Shown: one piece after another, positions 1-8,845 of the stretch
Layout: every line of letters starts with the position of its first letter
Position numbering within the stretch: the first letter of the stretch is position 1
Assembly (NCBI GenBank): GCA_043803945.1
Contig: JAZDJN010000057.1
Coordinates: 1 to 11,675, forward strand
Direction of reading: 5' to 3'
From: a bacterium
GTDB lineage: Bacteria > Bacteroidota > Ignavibacteria > UBA10030
DNA: 11,675 nt
Position numbers and translations under genes: made by a program
The notes under the pieces: model-generated
What the model was told of the DNA's origin: nothing
What the model saw: only the letters and a program-made list of their open reading frames with translations
Databases searched by the model: none

Positions 1-67
1 ATCTGACAATTTCTTGCTGAATAGCAATACGAATAATGTCTGCATCTTTGATTTCGAGCCGTTTCAT
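1..67 (-). CDS. N-terminus of an IS630-family transposase (HTH ORF), running off the window edge
   Basis: Manual translation from the ATG at 67 gives MKRLEIKDADIIRIAIQQEIVR, which I recognise as resembling the start of IS630 HTH ORFs (usually continuing SEESRYDHRLH). GGAAAG lies upstream. Too short for the ORF track. Confidence 0.7.
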   Translation of the reverse strand, partial: MKRLEIKDADIIRIAIQQEIVR

Positions 68-140
68 TTCATCTTTCCGCTTTTTTCTTTAATATAACGG
101 AAAGATATTTTATGCGCAATTATTTATGTCGCTATGTATA
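1..140 (-). mobile_element. Left end of an IS630-like insertion sequence
   Basis: The minus strand from 140 reads TATACATAGCGACATAAATAATTGCGC, a TA-initiated end typical of IS630 (TA target). It lies ~70 bp upstream of the transposase ATG and coincides with the start of kinase homology. The partner IR is outside the window. Confidence 0.6.
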
Positions 141-371
141 ATTACCATAAGTGTCTCTGATTCAGGACCCGGGATGTCCAAAGAGTGGGCGGACAAAGTC
201 TTTGATAAATTCTCCCAAACAGAAATCGGTAAATCGCGGGGTGAAATTAGTACGGGCCTGGGACTTACCTTTTGTCGCCTCGCGGTTGAAGTGCAGGGAG
301 GTAGTATCAAATTGGAGAGTGAGGTAAATGTTGGGACGAGGGTGACCTTCACGCTCCCCGAGCATGGTTGA
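141..371 (+). pseudogene. C-terminal HATPase_c fragment of a sensor histidine kinase, 5'-truncated
   Basis: ITISVSDSGPGM (G1 box), VFDKF (F box), STGLGLTFC (G2 box) and GTRVTFTLP end are present. N box and H box are absent. The ORF-track ATG at 126 lies inside the putative IS end. Confidence 0.8.
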
Positions 372-447
372 GGTGGTTGACCAGATTTATTGATTCAGCA
401 GGAGGGTACTACGAAAACCATTTCTCTCGTTGTATCGTTTGAGTTGC

Positions 448-499
448 GAGATACGTTGAGCAGGATTCCGGATTGTCGGACCCACGTCGGAGAAAGCGT
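448..499 (+). pseudogene. 52-bp relic of a DUF5686-family gene
   Basis: 44/52 identical to 3795-3846, with core 460-492 at 31/33 and both core mismatches synonymous. Translates EIR*AGFRIVGPTSEKA versus EIRLAGFRIVGPTSEEA. Confidence 0.75.
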
Positions 500-674
500 G
501 ACACAAAAGCGATTCTTTTTTGGACAGCTTTAATAGTTCTTTCAGAAACCTGTGGTAGAATGCTTGCCAGCATTTTTTTAACCGGCTATGAATACAATCT
601 CCACGATAATATGATCACCTAGCATTCCTTCATTCTGGCGTCGGGCTGCGGCAAATGAATCGATAAGGAACACT

Positions 675-3059
675 ATGAAGATATTCATTCAAATCGTTCC
701 ATCCCTTTTTATCGTTTTTTCCTCACTCTATTCTCAATCGTATGTTATTAAGGGAATCGTAAGGGATTCGGTAACTCACCAAGTTCTCCCGGCGGCGAAT
801 ATTCGAATTGCAGGAACAACTCGTGGAACAATCTCGAATGCGGATGGAGCATTCAGTATATCCCTCGATCGAGGGCGGTATGTTATCATCTTTAGCTATA
901 TAGGATATAAGAACGACATGGCTGAAGTCGTCCTTGAGAGAAATCTTCACTACAATTCTAATCTCATTCCGACATCGATACAATTGAATGAAGTGGTAGT
1001 GATTAGTGAAGATCCTGCAATGGGAATCATGCGGAAGGTGCTTGAGCAAAAGAAAAAGCGAAGAGAAGTACTTACTTCATACCAGTGCGAATTATTCACC
1101 CGTCAGGTGGTTCGGGCCGATACCGGAATTGCTTCCATTATCGAATTCTATTCTACCCAGTATTGGCGGAAGGGAGATACGCTGCGGGAAGCGATCCATC
1201 AACAACGGTTTACAAAGAACTTAACATCTCTTCATAGTATCTCGAAAGAATTTGATCGCATGCTCGATTTTTATGATGATGAAATACGAATTTGGAAGTA
1301 CAGATTTGTGGGGCCAACCTCACCGGAGATTTTCGATTACTACACCTTCACGCTGGAGAAAACAAAGGAGAAGGAGAATCGGACAATCTATGTGATTGCG
1401 ATGATACCTAAAACAAGAATCCAGCCGCTGTTCAAAGGAATCATCCAGATTGCCGGTGATTCGTACGCGCTTTGCGGCGTCGATGTTATTCCAAATGAAG
1501 CCTTCGTCATTCCATTCGCATCGGTCGCTTACCTTCGTCAGGTGCAGCAGTTCGGACTGTATGACGATGTATGGATGCCCGTCGGTGTGCAGATTAAAGC
1601 GATAATGAAAGCGATAAATATTGGTATTTCAGTCCCACAACTTGATATGGAACAGAGTACGACGATCTATGATTATCAAATCAATCGATCCATTCCCGAT
1701 AGTCTGTTTCACCAACAACCCCGCCGCTATCTTGCTTATGCCTCAACGTACGATTCTCTCTTCTGGTCTGAGCATCAGGTGCTTCCACTGACGGCTGAAG
1801 AACAAACAGCCTACCAAAAACTGGATAGTTCTCAAACGCTCGTCAAGAAATTTGAACCAAAGATCGCCGGCATTTCTTTAGTCGAGTCATCTCAAAGAAC
1901 GAATTATTTTGATGTTTTCAATTACCTCTCCGTACGATATAATCGCGTGGAAGGTGCCGCCATCGGTGCTTACGGTAGGGTCTCAGCATATTCAGACCGC
2001 CTGAATATTTCAACTGAAGGTATGTATGGTGTGGCCGATCGGATGTTTAAATTATCAATTGCAGGAACATATTCTATCAGCGGCCCAGAATCAGAGAAGC
2101 TTCTCTATGATACAAATGAGCGCGGAGAGTTGATGCGGTTCCGTCCCACCTCTTCCCACGTAACGGTTGCAGTAGGTCAATCCATTGAAAAGATAGGTGA
2201 GTGTTTGTATGAGGATTGGATGCTGACCGCTGGAAGCCTGTTGACCAAGGTCGATTATACGGATTATTACTATTCCCGCGGCGGAAAAGTTGGGTATAAC
2301 GTGCATCTGAAAAAGAATTGGGATCTTACTTTTAGTTATGCGTTGGAAGAACATCGATCGGCATCGAAGAACAGCGATTTTAGTATATTTTATCGTTCAC
2401 GCATATTTCGAGAGAATCCCCGGATCGCTGAAGGATTGATGAGTGCTGTTCGCTTGCAAGTTCATTATGGCGAAGAGCAGATGTTTGCTACGGAACAATA
2501 TTCCCTTGATCTGGATATTCAACATTCCAATGCTGCCATGCTTCAGAGTGATTTCGATTTTACACGGCTGATGGTTCAGGGACAATTCGATCAGATAACA
2601 TGGTCCAGCCGGATGTCGATGCCCCAATTTCTGCGGACGACAGTTGCCGGTGGAATGTCCTGGAATTGTCTGCCGCCGCAGCGAAGGTTCAAAATTCAAA
2701 CCGGCTATGGCGGCTATGGTCCCTCCGGAGTGCTGCGAGCCGCACAAGTAAATGAATTTACCGGAGATCAGTTCATGCTTCTTTCCTTGGAACATCATTT
2801 TCGCTCCATTCCATTTCTCCTTCTCAATATTCCATTTCTCTATAAGAATAATGTTGAATTGATTCTCGAAGGAGCAGTTGCACGTCGATGGACGCCTTCG
2901 AACAGCGTAACTCCATCGGGAGCAAGCATAGGGGGATGGTATAGGGAGGTGGGAATTGGGATCAAAGCTTTTGTTCCTTTAATCCGATTCGATGTGACAT
3001 ACAGGATATCCAATCCCCGTGGATTTGTCTTATCGTTTGGATTTGATAAAATGTTTTAA
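675..3059 (+). CDS. DUF5686 and carboxypeptidase-regulatory-like domain protein, predicted outer membrane (paralog 1)
   Basis: 794 aa with AAGGA RBS and a signal-peptide-like N-terminus. N-terminal IKGIVRDS...GTISNADGAF...FSYIGY...LNEVVV is the CarbopepD_reg_2 pattern. Family-like motifs DSLFW...PLTAEE and RYNRVEG, amphipathic beta strands and a terminal Phe are present. Confidence 0.85.
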   Translation: MKIFIQIVPSLFIVFSSLYSQSYVIKGIVRDSVTHQVLPAANIRIAGTTRGTISNADGAFSISLDRGRYVIIFSYIGYKNDMAEVVLERNLHYNSNLIPTSIQLNEVVVISEDPAMGIMRKVLEQKKKRREVLTSYQCELFTRQVVRADTGIASIIEFYSTQYWRKGDTLREAIHQQRFTKNLTSLHSISKEFDRMLDFYDDEIRIWKYRFVGPTSPEIFDYYTFTLEKTKEKENRTIYVIAMIPKTRIQPLFKGIIQIAGDSYALCGVDVIPNEAFVIPFASVAYLRQVQQFGLYDDVWMPVGVQIKAIMKAINIGISVPQLDMEQSTTIYDYQINRSIPDSLFHQQPRRYLAYASTYDSLFWSEHQVLPLTAEEQTAYQKLDSSQTLVKKFEPKIAGISLVESSQRTNYFDVFNYLSVRYNRVEGAAIGAYGRVSAYSDRLNISTEGMYGVADRMFKLSIAGTYSISGPESEKLLYDTNERGELMRFRPTSSHVTVAVGQSIEKIGECLYEDWMLTAGSLLTKVDYTDYYYSRGGKVGYNVHLKKNWDLTFSYALEEHRSASKNSDFSIFYRSRIFRENPRIAEGLMSAVRLQVHYGEEQMFATEQYSLDLDIQHSNAAMLQSDFDFTRLMVQGQFDQITWSSRMSMPQFLRTTVAGGMSWNCLPPQRRFKIQTGYGGYGPSGVLRAAQVNEFTGDQFMLLSLEHHFRSIPFLLLNIPFLYKNNVELILEGAVARRWTPSNSVTPSGASIGGWYREVGIGIKAFVPLIRFDVTYRISNPRGFVLSFGFDKMF

Positions 3060-3194
3060 GGGACATTTAGAGCTCAGGATCATTCCAATTAGATTCCACT
3101 GGATAATTATCTGTATATAATGAAACTTGATGCCTTTATTATTCGTTTAATCATACAGTTATCTCACCCACTACTATTCTCTGATGTATTTGCC

Positions 3195-5588
3195 ATGAAA
3201 GTATTATCCGCTCTTTTTCTTTTCGTGTCTTCAATCGGAATGTGTTCTTCTCAAACATTCACCCTCTCGGGCACTGTCCGTGACGCTGTTACTTCTGAAG
3301 GCCTTCCGGCTGCCAATGTCCGGGTTTCAGGCACTCCTCGAGGCACTATTGCAAATGCTGAAGGTGGGTATCGCTTGACGTTAGAGCCGGGGGAATACGA
3401 AATCCTCTTTAGCTATGTCGGGTACCGTATGGATACCCTGAGGGTCGTACTCACGAAGAGTATTGAATACAATGCGAAGCTGAATCCCATGCCTGTTCAA
3501 ATGGCCGAGGTGATTGTCACCACCGAGGATCCAGCGATGGGCATCATGCGAAAAGTCATTGATATGAAGCATCGGTGGATAGAGGCACTCAAGTCCTATC
3601 AGTTTGATGCATTTACACGTCAGATTGTAAGGCGCGACACTGCCATTGCATCGATCACGGAATCGTACTCAACGGGGTACTGGCAAAAGGGAGACACGAT
3701 CCGGGAATACATCAAACAGAAACGGCAAACGGAAAATATTAAGGTCGGTCAGAATTTTGCAGCAGTAGGCGGGATCATCAATTTCTATGACGATGAGATT
3801 CGATTGGCAGGATTCCGGATTGTGGGTCCCACGTCGGAGGAGGCGTTCGACTACTATGATTTTAAGCTGGAAAAAACTTTGGATCATGCAGGCATACCGA
3901 TTTATATCATCAAGATGATTCCAAAGTCGAGAGTAACACCGTTGCTGCAGGGAACGATTAGTATTGTGAGTTCGTCCTATGCTGTGGCGGGAGTTGATGT
4001 GACGCCGAATGAAGCATTTACGCTGCCCTTCATCAGTGAACTCTCCTTTCGGTACATGCAGCAGTTTGATCTCTATGAATCGATGTACTGGATGCCGAAG
4101 GATATCCGGGTAAAAGGATTCGTAAAAATCGGGATCACCGGCTTTTCCTTCCCTCCGATTGGTGTGGAACAGTACTCGACAATCTATGACTATAAAATCA
4201 ACGCGCAAATTCCTGACAGCATTTTCCGTAAACCTCGACGGATCGTTCTTACAGGAGCGGAGAAATATGACTCACTCTTCTGGGCGCAGCGGGAGGTCCT
4301 TCCTTTAACAGGCGAAGAGAAAATTGCCTACAAGTCGTTGGACAGTACTCAAACGCTGGACAAACAATTCCGTCCGGGCGGCGTCGCTATGTCACTGGCC
4401 GACACGGCGGGATTCCTGCGCTCATTCGGTTTTTTAGAATATGTCAATCTTCGGTTTAATCGGGTGGAGGGACTGGCGCTGGGGCCGCAGTTCGACGTGC
4501 GGGTATTAAACGATCAACTGCGACTGTTCGGTTCAGCGACACACGGATTTTCCAATAAGAGGAACAATGCCACTCTCGGACTCGAATTCTTTCTGACAAA
4601 GCGACAAAATTCGACCGTCACAGTAACGATCGGCAATCAATCGAATATCTCCCAGGTTAATAGTCCCACAAGATTGAGCTTGGAACTGGATGCCTATCAG
4701 AAGGTCACTCGATTTCCAGATGAAAACGTGTACGGCAACTGGGAGATAACGCTGGGTTCACTTCTCTCGAAAGTTGACTATGGGGATTACTACTATACCC
4801 GTGGAATCGGAGTCACTCTCCATTCTCGTTTCATGAGGAATTTGAACACACATCTGTCCTATCGGCGTGAAGAGCAGACGAGTGCGCATAAACAGACAGA
4901 CTATAGTTTTTTTGTACGGAGTACTCCATTTCGCGGCAACCCATCGATCGACGATGGCACGATGAGCACTCTTGCCCTGAAGGCACGATATGGGAGTGAA
5001 GAGATCCCGTTTGAACTGCTTTCATTCCCATTTCTTGAAGCCGAGATCGAGCATTCTTCGCCGCGGTTTCTCGGCAGCAGCTTCGATTTTACACGCACCA
5101 CTATTCGCGGAGAATATCAGATCCAGACATTTTCCCGGCGAATGCTCTTTCCACAAACTCTCCGCGCGCGGATTACTGCCGGTACAACATTCGGCACCAT
5201 ACCGCAACAGCGGTGGTTTTCTCTTGAAAGCAGTTATGATGGATACGCACCGTTCGGAGTACTCCGGGGTGGTTCCGTAAAGGAATTTTCTGGAGATCGG
5301 TTTGTTGTTCTCTCACTCGAACACAACTTCCGGACAGCGCCATTTCTCTATCTCAATATTCCCTTCTTTTATAAAAACAATATTGATCTCGTTATTTCCG
5401 GCAGCATTGCACGTACATGGAAAGCCGGCACAACTCCGGCGCCATTTGGATCTGTAACCAATGGTTGGTACTCTGAAGCAGGAATGGGTCTCAGTAAGAT
5501 CTTTGGTCTGCTCCGCCTCGATGCAACCTATCGATTTGCTGCACCCCGGGGGTTCCATGTGTCGTTCGGTATTGCGCAGATTCTTTAA
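3195..5588 (+). CDS. DUF5686 and carboxypeptidase-regulatory-like domain protein (paralog 2)
   Basis: Collinear with paralog 1 (EDPAMGIMRKV, GYWQKGDT, DSLFW..PLTGEE, RFNRVEG, LSLEHNFR..PFLYLNIPFFYKNN). ATG 3195 (MKVLSALFLF..., 797 aa) is preferred over 3120 because it yields a signal peptide aligned with paralog 1. Confidence 0.85.
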   Translation: MKVLSALFLFVSSIGMCSSQTFTLSGTVRDAVTSEGLPAANVRVSGTPRGTIANAEGGYRLTLEPGEYEILFSYVGYRMDTLRVVLTKSIEYNAKLNPMPVQMAEVIVTTEDPAMGIMRKVIDMKHRWIEALKSYQFDAFTRQIVRRDTAIASITESYSTGYWQKGDTIREYIKQKRQTENIKVGQNFAAVGGIINFYDDEIRLAGFRIVGPTSEEAFDYYDFKLEKTLDHAGIPIYIIKMIPKSRVTPLLQGTISIVSSSYAVAGVDVTPNEAFTLPFISELSFRYMQQFDLYESMYWMPKDIRVKGFVKIGITGFSFPPIGVEQYSTIYDYKINAQIPDSIFRKPRRIVLTGAEKYDSLFWAQREVLPLTGEEKIAYKSLDSTQTLDKQFRPGGVAMSLADTAGFLRSFGFLEYVNLRFNRVEGLALGPQFDVRVLNDQLRLFGSATHGFSNKRNNATLGLEFFLTKRQNSTVTVTIGNQSNISQVNSPTRLSLELDAYQKVTRFPDENVYGNWEITLGSLLSKVDYGDYYYTRGIGVTLHSRFMRNLNTHLSYRREEQTSAHKQTDYSFFVRSTPFRGNPSIDDGTMSTLALKARYGSEEIPFELLSFPFLEAEIEHSSPRFLGSSFDFTRTTIRGEYQIQTFSRRMLFPQTLRARITAGTTFGTIPQQRWFSLESSYDGYAPFGVLRGGSVKEFSGDRFVVLSLEHNFRTAPFLYLNIPFFYKNNIDLVISGSIARTWKAGTTPAPFGSVTNGWYSEAGMGLSKIFGLLRLDATYRFAAPRGFHVSFGIAQIL

Positions 5589-5712
5589 CGGGAAACCATG
5601 ATCGAGCAATCCTTGTATTCTCTGTCAAGGGGAGAATACCGTGATTCTGTTCTGAATCACCGCTAAAACAACCTGGATAAGTACATTCCACCAGGTGAAA
5701 TCCGTTTTCGTC

Positions 5713-5741
5713 TTGATTTTCCTCTTGCTGTTCGGTATGTT
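5713..5741 (+). promoter_or_regulatory. Candidate sigma70-type promoter for the response regulator gene
   Basis: TTGATT-N17-TATGTT ending 33 nt before the ATG at 5775. Motif match only. Confidence 0.35.
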
Positions 5742-5774
5742 AAAAACGAACGAAGAGGATTATGGAGAGATGCT

Positions 5775-6668
5775 ATGAGCACCACAATACTTGTGGCCGA
5801 TGATGAACAGGCTATACGTTTGCTCATCCAGAGGATGCTGCAGGAGGATGGGTACACGATTGTGACAGCATCGGATGGATTGGAAGCGCAGGAGATTATT
5901 CTTCAGCAGCAATATAATTTCTCCGTTGTAGTCTCCGATTGGTCGATGCCAAATATGACCGGTATTGAATTGATACGCTGGATGAAAAAAGATCGTCGCC
6001 TTGCACGAATACCGGTCGTGCTTCAAACCGTTTATAATCAACCGGAGAATATTCGGGAGGGGATTGAAGCGGGGGCTTTTTATTATCTGATAAAGCCAAT
6101 CCAAACTGATCTGCTTCGCTCTATTGTGAAGGCGGCAGTCACGGATTTTGAGTACAAGGAGAAAATGGTTAATAAACTCGACCAGGCAGAACATGCCTTT
6201 ACTCTTGTCCATGAGGGTACATTTCGTTTTCGCACGATTAAGGAGGCAGAATCACTGGCAATCCAGATTGCCAGAACAACCATCAATCCAGAAGATACGA
6301 TGGCAATTATCGAGTTGTTCATCAACGCCGTGGAGCATGGCAATCTCGGTTTAACATATCAGGAAAAATCGGAATTGGTAGAACATGACAATTGGTCAAA
6401 GGAACTTGAGCGGCGACTCGAGCTTCCAGAACAAGCAAATAAGTTCGTCGAGGTGAGGATATCGAAAAACGATGAGGGTACATCAGTACTCGTCATCGAT
6501 CAGGGAAAGGGATTTGATTATCAGCGGTTTATGAAGATCGATGAGGCGCGGTTATTCGATAACCATGGACGTGGAATCGCAATTGCCAAATCACTGTTGA
6601 ATGTACGTTATATTGGCTCCGGGAATCATGTCCAGGTTCTGATTCCTCATAACCAGGAAGTACAATGA
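5775..6668 (+). CDS. Response regulator: REC domain fused to an RsbW/SpoIIAB-like ATPase (HATPase_c_2) domain
   Basis: REC motifs VADDE, SD55WSMPNMTG, LQT and YYLIKP. C-terminal ELFINAVEHGN (N box), DQGKGFD (G1) and HGRGI (G2), with no HisKA H box. GGAG RBS. Confidence 0.88.
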   Translation: MSTTILVADDEQAIRLLIQRMLQEDGYTIVTASDGLEAQEIILQQQYNFSVVVSDWSMPNMTGIELIRWMKKDRRLARIPVVLQTVYNQPENIREGIEAGAFYYLIKPIQTDLLRSIVKAAVTDFEYKEKMVNKLDQAEHAFTLVHEGTFRFRTIKEAESLAIQIARTTINPEDTMAIIELFINAVEHGNLGLTYQEKSELVEHDNWSKELERRLELPEQANKFVEVRISKNDEGTSVLVIDQGKGFDYQRFMKIDEARLFDNHGRGIAIAKSLLNVRYIGSGNHVQVLIPHNQEVQ

Positions 6669-7330
6669 TTGTCATTGCTGGAATATTCGATCGCTTGTTC
6701 GGCGGGAGCCGATCAGATCAGGCTATGAAGCTGTATGATTCGTTGGAGCCGTTGGGATATGCCGCTGTTCCTTCCACCGATAACACTATGATGAGCACAG
6801 TTCGATCGCTAAGACCGATACCTGGCGGTATCTTTGTGGTAAAGAAATCTCTGGTGCAATCTCGATCATTGGGCATTCGCTACATCTGCGACCTTCATAT
6901 GCAACTCAGGCTTTCTCCAGGACAAGCGGCGGTTTCTGAATGGACGATCCTCACGCAGAATCAACCGATTGCATTAACGTCCTCCTTAATCATAACGCCC
7001 CGCCTTATTGCCTATGAGGTGCTTTTCAAGCATTCTCAGCTCATGCATGAAGTATTGCTCGATCTCGATCGATCCTTCGTCGATTTCTATTATGCCTTTG
7101 CTAGAAATGCGAGGGGGGTGACAGTGCCGAAATCTTTCCAGCAAACCATGAACTCATTGTCGACCAGTTTTCCCTTCCGAAGTGATAAAGAGTCGACCTC
7201 CATTGCATACTTCACGCCCAGGGGATGGAGCATTTTATGTGATCGATTGAGGAAACCCGATTGGTTCTCCGAGTTGATCAAAGCTGCCAATACTATCGAG
7301 GAATCTGTTGCCGCCTTCAACGCCGAATAA
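6665..7330 (+). CDS. Hypothetical protein
   Basis: 221-aa ORF with an ATGA overlap on the upstream stop codon. No family recognised. Confidence 0.7.
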   Translation: MIVIAGIFDRLFGGSRSDQAMKLYDSLEPLGYAAVPSTDNTMMSTVRSLRPIPGGIFVVKKSLVQSRSLGIRYICDLHMQLRLSPGQAAVSEWTILTQNQPIALTSSLIITPRLIAYEVLFKHSQLMHEVLLDLDRSFVDFYYAFARNARGVTVPKSFQQTMNSLSTSFPFRSDKESTSIAYFTPRGWSILCDRLRKPDWFSELIKAANTIEESVAAFNAE

Positions 7331-8081
7331 ATATAAGCCGCAGCGACCATCCATTGCCAATAAGCAGCATCATCCGAATCGACCATCGACGAAGATTTCC
7401 TGGAAAAGCCGATGGAAAAGATTTGTGAATGCGCTCCCGCTGGGAGCGAAAAAGCGTTCTCATCAAAGTCCGCCTGTGGCGTTAGATCCAACCAACGAAA
7501 AACCCAAGTCTATTGCTGTTTTCGGGGTAACAACCCTGATCGCGTCAGTGATACTCTTTCTGATGGAAGGATTCGGACTCTTAACCTATACTGCATTGGA
7601 CTCGCTCGGTTTGAGTGATCAGTTGCTCACTCAATTTCTTCCAAGTTCGTTCAACGAAATTTCTGAGTACTACCGGTATAGCCATTGGCTTTCCTATGTC
7701 AAACTCCTTTTCTTTCTCACCACCGGAATCTCCGCAGCGTTCTTTCTCCGATATGATGAACGGGGGAGACGGGGCCTCGAAATTGCATGTTGGATTGGGT
7801 TGCTCCTCGGTGGCATTGAAACATCCATCAGCGTTGCGATCTGGCGAAGCACGAAGGCATTGCTCCAACCCCTACTCTCACTGTATGGGAGTGCAGGATC
7901 GCTTATGGTATCTCAAGCGGGAACCGCTTCAATTATCTTCGGTACTGTGCTTTGGATCGTCCCGTCGGTTTTTATCATTCTCTATTTACGGCAGTCAAAG
8001 ATAAGATTTGCCTGTGCTGCTCTCCCAGCGCAACAGCCTTTGTCCATATCAACACCTCATCAAGACACTCTCTCACGATAA
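7308..8081 (+). CDS. Hypothetical integral membrane protein (~4 TM segments); true start probably downstream of 7308
   Basis: Hydrophobic stretches IAVFGVTTLIASVILFLM, LLFFLTTGISAAFFL, IACWIGLLLGGI and IIFGTVLWIVPSVFIILYL. The stop lies 1 nt before the next ATG. The first ~55 codons are P/K/R-rich and may be non-coding. Confidence 0.72.
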   Translation: MPPSTPNKYKPQRPSIANKQHHPNRPSTKISWKSRWKRFVNALPLGAKKRSHQSPPVALDPTNEKPKSIAVFGVTTLIASVILFLMEGFGLLTYTALDSLGLSDQLLTQFLPSSFNEISEYYRYSHWLSYVKLLFFLTTGISAAFFLRYDERGRRGLEIACWIGLLLGGIETSISVAIWRSTKALLQPLLSLYGSAGSLMVSQAGTASIIFGTVLWIVPSVFIILYLRQSKIRFACAALPAQQPLSISTPHQDTLSR

Positions 8082-8082
8082 C

Positions 8083-8832
8083 ATGGACCTGCTCTCCTTA
8101 TTCCTCCTTACACTACTGGTCTTTATCGTTGCCGCTCTCTATTCGTCAGTTGGGCATGGCGGAGCATCGGGGTATCTTGCTGCTCTCTCACTCTTTGCAT
8201 TCTCTCCGCTGGAGATGTCTTCTACAGCCTTGGTACTCAATTTGCTTGTGGCGGGATTAGCGCTGTTTGCGTATGCGAATGCGCATCACTTTTCGTTCAA
8301 ATTGGCATGGCCATTTATTCTCTTCTCAATTCCTGCCGCGTTTCTCGGAAGTTTATTGAAGGTATCTCATCAAATCTATTTCTTACTCCTCGCTTTGGCG
8401 CTGCTCATTGCGGCGTTGCGACTCTTCATTCCGGTGAAGGAAATTGGATTGGAATTTCAGCGAAGGGCGTTGAGGCTGAGTGTCGCTCTTCCGTTGGGCG
8501 GTTTCATTGGAGTTCTCTCCGGGATTGTCGGAGTCGGAGGTGGAATTTTTCTGAGCCCCCTCCTCCTGCTAATGCGATGGGCGACTCCCAAGGAGACCGC
8601 TGCGATATCATCCTTCTTTATTCTGGCAAATTCACTCGCCGGTCTGCTCGGACGGGCAATTGACAATTCAATCGAATGGCATCTGCTCGCACCCCTTGTG
8701 CTTGTAGCTTTTGTGGGAGGACTTCTTGGATCTCAACTTGGTGCAAATCGATTCACAGGGATTCAGATAAAACGATTGCTTGCTTGTGTTCTGGTCCTTG
8801 CTGCAACCAAACTTGTCATTCTCTCATTCTAA
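8083..8832 (+). CDS. Sulfite exporter TauE/SafE (TSUP) family membrane protein
   Basis: 249 aa from ATG 8083. Duplicated glycine motifs YSSVGHGGASGY and LSGIVGVGGGIFLSPLL, AAISSFFILANS, and ~8 TM segments. Confidence 0.92.
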   Translation: MDLLSLFLLTLLVFIVAALYSSVGHGGASGYLAALSLFAFSPLEMSSTALVLNLLVAGLALFAYANAHHFSFKLAWPFILFSIPAAFLGSLLKVSHQIYFLLLALALLIAALRLFIPVKEIGLEFQRRALRLSVALPLGGFIGVLSGIVGVGGGIFLSPLLLLMRWATPKETAAISSFFILANSLAGLLGRAIDNSIEWHLLAPLVLVAFVGGLLGSQLGANRFTGIQIKRLLACVLVLAATKLVILSF

Positions 8833-8845
8833 TGGAGTTTAGTCA

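Noticed and set aside
448-499. DGR template repeat for 3795-3846
   Set aside because: Only 5 of 8 mismatches are at adenines in the putative template, core changes are synonymous, the target is mid-gene in a conserved motif, and there is no reverse transcriptase in the window.
551-592. Promoter candidates upstream of paralog 1 (TGGTAGAAT; TTGCCA-N17-TATGAA)
   Set aside because: Incomplete matches that cannot be told from chance in AT-rich DNA.
7388-7423. Alternate-frame DEDFLEKPMEKI resembling a receiver-domain KP motif
   Set aside because: Too short, with no other REC motifs in that frame.
7432-7453. Hairpin CGCTCCC-gct-GGGAGCG followed by an A run as a terminator
   Set aside because: No U tract follows the stem on either strand.
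723-8666. Short antisense and alternate-frame ORFs overlapping the long genes
   Set aside because: Shadow ORFs of well-supported CDSs with no independent motifs.
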